Of a stretch of DNA of 20,622 nucleotides, positions 1 to 6,856 are shown in pieces. Origin of the DNA: an uncultured Muribaculaceae bacterium (GTDB lineage Bacteria; Bacillota_I; Bacilli_A; RF39; UBA660). The translations under genes were made by a program, and so were the position numbers. The stretch spans positions 1-20,622 of the forward strand of contig CAYJJI010000017.1 of NCBI GenBank assembly GCA_964370475.1, written 5' to 3'. The notes beneath the pieces were generated by a model, which was given only the letters and a program-made list of their open reading frames with translations, was not told where the DNA came from and searched no databases. Position 1 is the first letter of the stretch. Every line of letters starts with the position of its first letter.

Positions 1-1250
1 TGCATTCAAGAGCAGGAGCTCAAGTTCCATTTTCATCAATAAATTTTGGAACTGACACATCAGCAGAAGGAAGAATGGTAACTAAAAATTATTTACTATC
101 AGTTGATGCAGGACTGGGACATAACGAAACCCCAATATTCCCAATATCGATTTTCAAGGTAAAAGAAGGAGTAAATTATAATCCAGGAGATTTAAATTAC
201 GACCTATTTCAATTATCATGTAAAGTATCAGCAAAAAGACTGTTTCCAAACTTCTCATTTATAGATTCACCGTTTAATAAAATGTACTATAAAGAAGGAG
301 ATTACAGAACAGAAGTTGGATATATGGGTTGCCGTACTAGAGTTTTAGGCAATAATGCAGATCCAGATAAATCAATAACACCAGGAAGAGGAAACTTATC
401 ATTTACATCAATAAACTTACCAAGATTAGGAATAAAGCATGGTATAGTAGGTGGAACTGAAAGAACTAAAGCAGATATAAAAGGTTTTTATGAAGAACTA
501 GATGAACTAATGGATATGATAAAAGATCAACTACTAGAGAGATTTGAAATTCAATGTAACAAAAGAATTTCTAACTTCCCATTTTTACTAGGTCAAAACA
601 TCTGGATTGATTCAGAAAAATTAAAACCAAATGATCGTTTGAGAAAAGTACTAAAACATGGTACACTTTCAATTGGTTTTATAGGTTTAGCAGAATGCTT
701 AAAAGCATTAATTGGAGAACATCATGGAGAAACAGAAAAAGCTCAAAAACTAGGGTTAGAAATTATAAGCCACATGAGAGAGGTTTGCGATAACTTCGCA
801 GAAAAAACAAACCTAAACTTTTCACTACTTGCTACACCAGCTGAAGGGTTATCGGGAAGATTCACATCAATAGATAAAGCGTTATATGGAAAAATAAAAG
901 GAGTAACTGATAGAAATTACTATACTAATTCATTCCATGTACCAGTTTATTATGATACAACAATAGCTAAAAAGATAAAGAAAGAAGCCCCATATCATGC
1001 ATTTACTAATGCAGGACATATTTCATATATTGAACTAGATGGAGATGCAACAGAAAACTTAGAAGCATTCGAAAAAATAGTAAGATTAATGAAAGAAAAT
1101 AATATGGGATATGGAGCAGTAAATCATCCGGTAGATCGCGATCCAGTATGTGGATACGTTGGTGTGATTAAAGATGTTTGCCCAGGGTGCGGAAGAAGAG
1201 AAGGCGAAGCAGTAAAATATGAAGATCTACAATATACTTGTAGTCATTAA
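1..1250 (+). CDS. nrdD: Anaerobic ribonucleoside-triphosphate reductase (class III RNR) catalytic subunit, 5'-truncated by the window edge. The ORF ends just after the C-terminal Cys-rich zinc ribbon (PVCGY...CPGCG).
   Basis: The reading frame is open from nt 3 with no upstream stop. The C-terminal region has the NrdD-type Cys4 zinc-ribbon spacing (C-x11..-CxxC). Overall length and position match NrdD architecture, and the glycyl-radical motif lies in the next in-frame ORF. Confidence 0.8.
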   Translation, partial: HSRAGAQVPFSSINFGTDTSAEGRMVTKNYLLSVDAGLGHNETPIFPISIFKVKEGVNYNPGDLNYDLFQLSCKVSAKRLFPNFSFIDSPFNKMYYKEGDYRTEVGYMGCRTRVLGNNADPDKSITPGRGNLSFTSINLPRLGIKHGIVGGTERTKADIKGFYEELDELMDMIKDQLLERFEIQCNKRISNFPFLLGQNIWIDSEKLKPNDRLRKVLKHGTLSIGFIGLAECLKALIGEHHGETEKAQKLGLEIISHMREVCDNFAEKTNLNFSLLATPAEGLSGRFTSIDKALYGKIKGVTDRNYYTNSFHVPVYYDTTIAKKIKKEAPYHAFTNAGHISYIELDGDATENLEAFEKIVRLMKENNMGYGAVNHPVDRDPVCGYVGVIKDVCPGCGRREGEAVKYEDLQYTCSH

Positions 1251-1268
1251 GAAAGAAGGAGAGTAAAA

Positions 1269-1448
1269 ATGAAAAAAGTAGAAAAAAAAGAAATCAAAGA
1301 AGTAGACAAAAAAATAGTTGGAGAAGGACAAGGTGTAGGATTCGATAGAATTAGAAGAATTACAGGATATCTAGTTGGAACAGTAGACAGATTTAATAAC
1401 GGGAAAGCTTCTGAAGAAAGAGATAGAGTTAAGCATCAAGCTGCTTAA
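1269..1448 (+). CDS. 59-aa stand-alone glycyl-radical module corresponding to the extreme C-terminus of NrdD (GFDRIRRITGYLVG...FNNGKASEERDRVKH).
   Basis: It carries the RxxGY glycyl-radical motif and the NrdD C-terminal tail (compare the E. coli NrdD end ...RRVCGYLG...NAGKQEEVKRRVKH). It is in the same frame as the upstream nrdD ORF, separated from it by a single TAA at 1248-1250, and has its own RBS GAAGGAGAG 7 nt before the ATG. Confidence 0.65.
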   Translation: MKKVEKKEIKEVDKKIVGEGQGVGFDRIRRITGYLVGTVDRFNNGKASEERDRVKHQAA

Positions 1449-1461
1449 TTCTTTTATTTGT

Positions 1462-2106
1462 ATGAAAAAATTAAAAATAATATATGAAGATAAAGACATA
1501 ATAGTTGTCGATAAACCAAGCAATCAACTAACAATAGCAACAGCTAAAAAAGAACAAAATACCTTGTATCAAGAAGTAAGTGACTATCTAAAGAAAAAAC
1601 ATAAATCCAATAAAGTGTTTATAATTCATCGATTAGACAAAGATACTTCAGGGGTAATTATATTTGCTAAATACCCTAAAATCAAGACGGTTTACCAAGA
1701 TAATTGGAACAGGTTATGCAAAACTAGAGAATATATAGCTATAGTAGAAGGAAAAATGCCTAAAAAAGAAGATAGATTAGAAAACTATTTGAGTGAAACA
1801 AAAACTTTCTTAACTTACGTTAGCGAAAGCGGTTCGTTAGCTATAACTAATTACAAAGTAATTAAAGAAGATAATGTTTACTCAAAATTATCAATAAATA
1901 TTGAAACAGGTAGAAAAAATCAAATAAGAGTTCAACTTGCTCACATTGGTAATCCAATTATAGGTGATAAAAAATATAACTCAAGAAAAAATCCTATTAG
2001 AAGATTAGGTCTTCACGCAAATAGATTAGTTATTAAAAATCCAATAACTGGGGATATAATGGAATTTACAGCAAAAGAACCTTCTAATTTCACTAAAATT
2101 ATATAG
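1462..2106 (+). CDS. RluA-family 23S/tRNA pseudouridine synthase (no S4 domain).
   Basis: The N-terminus IIYEDKDIIVVDKP is typical of RluA-family enzymes. The catalytic-Asp motif HRLDKDTSG is present, and the length is about 214 aa. Confidence 0.85.
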   Translation: MKKLKIIYEDKDIIVVDKPSNQLTIATAKKEQNTLYQEVSDYLKKKHKSNKVFIIHRLDKDTSGVIIFAKYPKIKTVYQDNWNRLCKTREYIAIVEGKMPKKEDRLENYLSETKTFLTYVSESGSLAITNYKVIKEDNVYSKLSINIETGRKNQIRVQLAHIGNPIIGDKKYNSRKNPIRRLGLHANRLVIKNPITGDIMEFTAKEPSNFTKII

Positions 2107-2149
2107 GATAAATTTAAAAAAAGTAGTATAATTATATCAGGAGGAAAAT

Positions 2150-2992
2150 ATGGAAATTATAATAATAGCTATAGTAATAATACTCGCAATGTCTGTAAGA
2201 CAAATAAACGAATATGAAAGAGGATTATTATTCTCATTTGGTAAGTTCACAAAAATTTTACAACCAGGATGGAGAATAGTACTACCATTGATTCAATTTT
2301 ATAATAAGGTAGATATTCGTACTAAAGCAGTAGATGTACCAGAACAAGAAGCTATCACAAAAGATAACGTATCAGTTAAAATCAACGCAGTTATATACTA
2401 CAAGATATTTGATGCAAAAAAAGCAGTAATAGAGGTAGAAAATTATTTCTTTGCAGTAGGCCATCTAGCTCAAACAACTATGAGAAATATAGTAGGTTCT
2501 GTAACGTTGGATGAATTACTTTCAGATAGAGAAACTATTTCATCTAAAATATGTGAAGTAATAGATAAAGCAACAGATAGTTGGGGCGTTAAAGTAGAAA
2601 ATGTAGAATTAAAAGACATTGCTCTACCAGAAGAAATGAAAAGAGTAATAGCAAAAGTAGCAGAAGCTGAAAGAGAAAAACAAGCTGTAATTACAAAAGC
2701 GAATGGAGAAGTAGAAGCAGCAGATAACTTAACGTTAGCAGCAGGTAAAATGGCATCTGTACCAGGAGCATTACATTTAAGAACTCTAGCAACATTAAAT
2801 GACTTAAGTAGTGATCAATCAAATACGGTAGTATTTGCAATACCTGTAGAAGTATTAAGTGCATTCCAATCAATAGCTGACAGTAAAAAAGAATCAACAA
2901 TATCAAGAGAAGTAATGGAATCTATCGAAAAACTAATAATTAATAAGAACGGAAATGTTTCAAAACATAATATAAAAAATAATGAAAAGTGA
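2150..2992 (+). CDS. SPFH / band-7 (stomatin-prohibitin-like) membrane protein.
   Basis: It has an N-terminal TM helix followed by an SPFH core (YERGLLFSFGKF...DVPEQEAITKDNVSVKINAVIYYKI...) and a coiled-coil AEAEREKQA segment. The RBS is CAGGAGG. Confidence 0.85.
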   Translation: MEIIIIAIVIILAMSVRQINEYERGLLFSFGKFTKILQPGWRIVLPLIQFYNKVDIRTKAVDVPEQEAITKDNVSVKINAVIYYKIFDAKKAVIEVENYFFAVGHLAQTTMRNIVGSVTLDELLSDRETISSKICEVIDKATDSWGVKVENVELKDIALPEEMKRVIAKVAEAEREKQAVITKANGEVEAADNLTLAAGKMASVPGALHLRTLATLNDLSSDQSNTVVFAIPVEVLSAFQSIADSKKESTISREVMESIEKLIINKNGNVSKHNIKNNEK

Positions 2993-3557
2993 TATATTTA
3001 AAAAAGAAATAAGTTACATCAATGATAAAAAATATCAAGTATTAGCAAAAGAAATATTAGAACTATTACCAGATTATTTTTACGAGGTACCAGCGTCATC
3101 AACAGGAAAATATCATCCAGAATATACAACCGGTACTGGAGGTTTAGTAAGACATACTAAATCTGCAGTAAAAATAGCACATGAATTAATGGGTAATAAA
3201 TCTATAAACGGATATAACAATAGAGAAAAAGACCTAACAATCATATCGTTGCTAATACATGACGGATTGAAAAGTGGACTAGAAAAAAGTGAATACACAA
3301 AATTCGAACATCCGCTTTTAATAGGAAAATACATAGAAGATAACAAACAAGCACTTGAATTAGATGAAGAAGATTTACAAATGATAAAAGAAATGACATC
3401 AAGTCATATGGGAGAATGGAATACTAATCAATATAGTAATATAACATTACCGCTACCAGTGACAAAATTTCAAAGATTTGTTCATATGTGTGATTATTTA
3501 GCAAGTCGTAAATTTTTAAATGTAAACTTCGACTTAAATAATAATATTGTTGAATAG
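2982..3557 (+). CDS. HD-domain (metal-dependent phosphohydrolase-like) protein, overlapping the upstream SPFH gene by 11 nt (translational coupling).
   Basis: It contains His ... HD ... motifs (GKYHPEY, VRHTKSAV, LLIHDGLK). The ATG lies within the 3' end of the SPFH ORF. Confidence 0.55.
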   Translation: MKSDIFKKEISYINDKKYQVLAKEILELLPDYFYEVPASSTGKYHPEYTTGTGGLVRHTKSAVKIAHELMGNKSINGYNNREKDLTIISLLIHDGLKSGLEKSEYTKFEHPLLIGKYIEDNKQALELDEEDLQMIKEMTSSHMGEWNTNQYSNITLPLPVTKFQRFVHMCDYLASRKFLNVNFDLNNNIVE

Positions 3558-3582
3558 AAGAGTGAAAACTCTTTTTTTTTTA
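3558..3582 (+). terminator. Rho-independent terminator (AAGAGTgaaaACTCTT + T9).
   Basis: A perfect 6-bp stem is followed by TTTTTTTTT immediately after the HD gene stop. Confidence 0.6.
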
Positions 3583-3621
3583 TAAAAAGATGATATAATT
3601 AATAAAGATAGAGGTGTGTAT

Positions 3622-5034
3622 ATGATAACAATATTAATTATAGGAGTAATAGTTCTTTTTTTAACATCAACAATTTTAATTTATTCACAATCAACTACAA
3701 ATAAAAGAAGAACTACAATAAGAAAGATAGATTTAAATAGAGATTATCTAATAAATAAGATGATAGGATTCAATCAATTATTAGATAAAATGATCCCAGA
3801 AAATATAGAAAACAAATCTTTAGTAGATGAACTTACAAAATTAAAAAATACAATATCAGTTGAATCTAACGATATAGAAGTAAGTATAAATAAAAGCAAT
3901 GAAATATTTGAAATGATGAACAATACTGTTCTAAACGATGAAAACAACAAAATTACCAAAGATGAAATAGAAAAGCTATACAATCAAGGATATACAGAAG
4001 AATTAAAAGTAGAACGTATTAATTTTAATCAATCTGCAGAAAAATTTAATAATCAAATAGTTTCGTTTCCAGGGTCAATAGTAAATAAGGTACTAACTCT
4101 AAAAAAAATTACTATATTTAGTGATGTAGTAGAAGATGTAAAAGTAAAAGTCAAAAATAGTGCATCACATTATAATACAGAGTTTAATATCAATCAAGAA
4201 ACAATAACATCTCCTACACCAGTGGAAGAAAAAGAATTGAATTTGTACAATGCTAATAAAGTAAAACCAACAAAATCAGAAGTGAAATTCGAAACAAAAG
4301 AAGAAATAACAAACAGTAACGAAATGTTAACAATTAATCCAGAAATAAATCAACAAAATGTAGAAATTGAAAACAAAACAGAATTAGAACAAATAAATTC
4401 AACACCAGAACAAAATGCAGAGGTAGCAACTCCAATAGAAGAAATGAACATGCCTATAATAGAGCCAACAGCTACACAAACTCAAGAAATAACACCTCAA
4501 CAAAATCAACCATTATCAGTAGCGCCACAAGTAATTGTTGAAAGTATTCCAAATACTCAACCAGAACAGATAACGCCATCCGTAATGGACTCAACTGTAG
4601 AAAAAAATTTAATCCCAGAAGTGAAAGAAGAATTAGTACCAGATGTTAATAAAGAAGCATTACAAGTAGAAATTCCTTCAGTAGAACCATTTGTTCAAAA
4701 CGAAACAGGTGCAACAACACAAGAATCTAATCAAGAAAGTATAGAAACAATTGAGAATATAGAAGTTAATCCCAATCTACAAATAAATAGTGAACAAACA
4801 ATTGATATTCAAGCTAGTCAGCTAATGGTTGAAGACAATATAATAAACAACACATCAATACAAACAGAACCAATTGTTGAACAAGGATTAGAACCAAAAC
4901 CAGTAGTTGAAATTACACAAGAAAAAAAATCAGTAGAAAATACTGATCAATCATTAACTAATAAATTTTGCCCACAATGTAATACAATAACTGAACTAGA
5001 ATATTGTCCAAATTGCGGTACACCAACAGAATAA
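3622..5034 (+). CDS. LemA-family membrane protein, fused to a ~290-aa low-complexity (E/N/Q/T/P/I/V-rich) linker and a C-terminal Cys4 zinc ribbon (CPQCN...CPNCG).
   Basis: It has an N-terminal TM anchor. The LemA-like segment ...YNQGYTEELKVERINFNQSAEKFNNQIVSFPGSIVNKVLTLKKITIF matches the LemA C-terminal consensus YNxxVxxYNxxIxxFPxNIVAxxxGF. The RBS AGAGGTG sits 5 nt before the ATG at 3622 (the ORF track's GTG at 3616 is less likely). The gene ends with CPxC-x8-CPxC. Confidence 0.6.
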   Translation: MITILIIGVIVLFLTSTILIYSQSTTNKRRTTIRKIDLNRDYLINKMIGFNQLLDKMIPENIENKSLVDELTKLKNTISVESNDIEVSINKSNEIFEMMNNTVLNDENNKITKDEIEKLYNQGYTEELKVERINFNQSAEKFNNQIVSFPGSIVNKVLTLKKITIFSDVVEDVKVKVKNSASHYNTEFNINQETITSPTPVEEKELNLYNANKVKPTKSEVKFETKEEITNSNEMLTINPEINQQNVEIENKTELEQINSTPEQNAEVATPIEEMNMPIIEPTATQTQEITPQQNQPLSVAPQVIVESIPNTQPEQITPSVMDSTVEKNLIPEVKEELVPDVNKEALQVEIPSVEPFVQNETGATTQESNQESIETIENIEVNPNLQINSEQTIDIQASQLMVEDNIINNTSIQTEPIVEQGLEPKPVVEITQEKKSVENTDQSLTNKFCPQCNTITELEYCPNCGTPTE

Positions 5035-5037
5035 AAA

Positions 5038-5064
5038 AACTAGCTTAAAGCTAGTTATTTTTTA
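5038..5064. terminator. Bidirectional rho-independent terminator (AACTAGCTTaAAGCTAGTT flanked by an A-run and a T-run).
   Basis: A 9-bp perfect stem has A6 upstream and T6 downstream. It lies between the convergent LemA gene (+) and tRNA-Asn (-). Confidence 0.7.
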
Positions 5065-5065
5065 A

Positions 5066-5141
5066 TGGCGCCTGATGTAGGACTCGAACCTACGACCTAA
5101 CGGTTAACAGCCGTGTGCTCTACCAACTGAGCTAATCAGGC
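5066..5141 (-). tRNA. tRNA-Asn (anticodon GTT), 76 nt with the 3' CCA encoded.
   Basis: Reverse complement: GCCTGAT TA GCTC AGTTGGTA GAGC A CACGG CTGTTAA CCGTT AGGTC GTAGG TTCGAGT CCTAC ATCAGGC G CCA. The acceptor stem is a perfect 7 bp, and the D, anticodon and T arms all fold. U33 and A37 flank the GUU anticodon, and the discriminator is G. Confidence 0.9.
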
Positions 5142-5152
5142 ACTGCTATTAC

Positions 5153-5182
5153 ATTATATACTAAATAAATCATAAGTGTCAA
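5153..5182 (-). promoter_or_regulatory. Consensus sigma-A promoter for tRNA-Asn (TTGACA - 18 nt - TATAAT on the minus strand).
   Basis: The minus-strand sequence reads TTGACACTTATGATTTATTTAGTATATAATGTAATAGCAG, immediately upstream of the tRNA 5' end. Confidence 0.55.
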
Positions 5183-5251
5183 GAAAAAAAGTAAAAAAAA
5201 GAAAAATTTACTTAATTAAAGCTATATGATACAATGTTATTGGTGAATTAT

Positions 5252-6172
5252 ATGAATGAAAAAGTAAGTATTATTAAAAGATATGGGGAAGATTTAATTA
5301 ATAAAGAATATATAACTGACCCTGCAATAGCAAGGGATCAAGAAATAAAAGAAGTTATACTAACATTATTATCTCCAGAAAAAAGTGCTCTATTAGTAGG
5401 TAAACCAGGAATAGGTAAAACAGCAATAGTAGAAGGTCTAGCATACAGAATAAAAAATAATATGGTACCAAATGCCTTATTTGGTTATGAACTATATAAA
5501 CTAAACGTAACTAGTTTGTTAGGAACCACTGAAAGTGAAGGACAAATAGAAAATAGAGTTGATTTGTTAGTGAAAGAACTAGCTCAAAGAGAAAAAACAA
5601 TATTATTTCTAGACGAAACTCACGTATTAGTAAACAAAAATCAAGGCGGAGAATCCGGAATCGATTTTGCAAATATGTTTAAAGCAGGATTAGATCGTGG
5701 AGAAATTAAAATGATCGGTGCAACAACAACTGAAGAATATGAACAATATATAATAAGAGATAGAGCATTCCTAAGAAGATTTCAAAAAGTAGATGTATTG
5801 GAAGCAGATCAACCTACAGTAGTAAAAATACTTATGGGAACTTATCCTAAACTAGAAAAAAAACTAGGTGTTAAACTAGGTTATAGTGATTTCGTCAAAG
5901 AAAGAATAATGAAATTTATTGTAGAAATGACTGATGAATACAAAAGAATTTATGAAATAGCAAGTAGATATCCAGATATATGTTTAGCATTGTTATCTAA
6001 TGCATTCACAAACGCATTGTATTCAAACGAAACAACAGTTACTATAAAACATATATACCAAGCTATAGAATCTACAAAAAGTATTTACGAAGATGTAAAA
6101 GTAAAAGAAAAAATTAGGTTTAAATCAGAATTTGATGACATCATTAGAGAAGAGAACATTACTTTGGACTAA
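5252..6172 (+). CDS. Orphan single-domain ClpA/ClpB-type D1 AAA+ ATPase (large + small subdomain only). There is no N-domain, M-domain or D2.
   Basis: It aligns motif-by-motif with the Clp D1 domain: [31 protein letters not shown] (Walker A), ILFLDETH (Walker B), [25 protein letters not shown] (sensor / Arg finger). The RBS GGTGA is 5 nt before the ATG at 5252 (an in-frame ATG at 5234 is also possible). A TATGATACAAT -10-like element lies upstream. Confidence 0.75.
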   Translation: MNEKVSIIKRYGEDLINKEYITDPAIARDQEIKEVILTLLSPEKSALLVGKPGIGKTAIVEGLAYRIKNNMVPNALFGYELYKLNVTSLLGTTESEGQIENRVDLLVKELAQREKTILFLDETHVLVNKNQGGESGIDFANMFKAGLDRGEIKMIGATTTEEYEQYIIRDRAFLRRFQKVDVLEADQPTVVKILMGTYPKLEKKLGVKLGYSDFVKERIMKFIVEMTDEYKRIYEIASRYPDICLALLSNAFTNALYSNETTVTIKHIYQAIESTKSIYEDVKVKEKIRFKSEFDDIIREENITLD

Positions 6173-6752
6173 GCAGTCCTTTTTTTTCTGTCAAAAAAAT
6201 GAATAATATCAAATATAAAGTACTAAATAAATAAGCAGCAACTACATCTGAAAAATAATGAACTCCCAAATAAATTCTAGAGCATCCAATTAATATTAAA
6301 ATAATACTAAGTCCAATATACATAAAAGAATGATACTTCTTATCAATTTTTTTACAAATTAAATAACACATATATCCATAAAAAGCAGTACTTATCATCG
6401 TATGTCCAGAAGGAAATGAATAGCCTAACTCATTATAAAATTCTATACCAACAGGCCTCTCTCTAAAAAATAATAATTTTAATAAATTATTTAGAATAAC
6501 AATATCAACTACTAAAACAATAATATTAACAACTTTATCTTTAAATAAAATCAAACTCAAAACACTGAAAATACCAATAAGTAATATTCCACCAAAATCA
6601 GTGATAAAATACATGAAACTAGTCATAAAATCGCTCTCAAAACCAATAATTAAATTATATATAAAATTATCTATATCAACAGTTAAATTAAAACATACTA
6701 ACCCACATATACAAACTAACAATAAACATAAAATTCCTATTAAATACTTCAT
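6159..6752 (-). CDS. PAP2-family membrane phosphatase (undecaprenyl-diphosphate / phosphatidate phosphatase-like).
   Basis: The three PAP2 signature motifs are present in order ([26 protein letters not shown]), with multiple TM helices. It is convergent with the Clp-like gene and overlaps it by 14 nt. Confidence 0.85.
   Translation of the reverse strand: MKYLIGILCLLLVCICGLVCFNLTVDIDNFIYNLIIGFESDFMTSFMYFITDFGGILLIGIFSVLSLILFKDKVVNIIVLVVDIVILNNLLKLLFFRERPVGIEFYNELGYSFPSGHTMISTAFYGYMCYLICKKIDKKYHSFMYIGLSIILILIGCSRIYLGVHYFSDVVAAYLFSTLYLILFIFLTEKKGLLSPK
6166..6188 (+). terminator. Putative terminator of the Clp-like gene (GGACTaagcAGTCC + T8), lying inside the 3' end of the convergent PAP2 ORF.
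   Basis: A 5-bp stem is followed by an 8-T run directly after the TAA at 6170-6172. Confidence 0.4.
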
Positions 6753-6856
6753 AAATACCTCATACTATATATGATATCACATTAAAATAAGTAATAGAAC
6801 AAAAAGGTATGGAAAAATATCAAAGGTATAGTATAATACAACAAGAAGAGGTAGTT

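Noticed and set aside
1248-1250. Stop-codon reassignment (alternative genetic code) as the explanation for the in-frame TAA in nrdD.
   Set aside because: TAA and TGA both terminate many well-defined genes in this window. For example, TGA ends the SPFH gene exactly where the overlapping HD gene starts. The organism therefore uses the standard code 11.
2691-2906. Minus-strand small ORFs overlapping known genes (2691-2906, 3113-3346, 3774-3983, 6820-7014, 7279-7482, 7720-7947, 12228-12488, 12847-13032, 14682-14972, 17972-18259, 19109-19297).
   Set aside because: All are antisense to well-supported CDSs or repeat modules. They are Leu/Ile/Phe-rich as expected from antisense AT-rich coding DNA, and they lack RBSs.
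6809-6856. Upstream ATG at 6809 as the start of the ABC transporter (ORF track), and similarly GTG 3616, ATG 5234 and GTG 19454.
   Set aside because: The 6809 ATG overlaps a TATAAT box and lacks an SD. The downstream ATG at 6857 has an AGAGG RBS at ideal spacing. Analogous reasoning at the other genes favours ATG 3622, 5252 and 19463.
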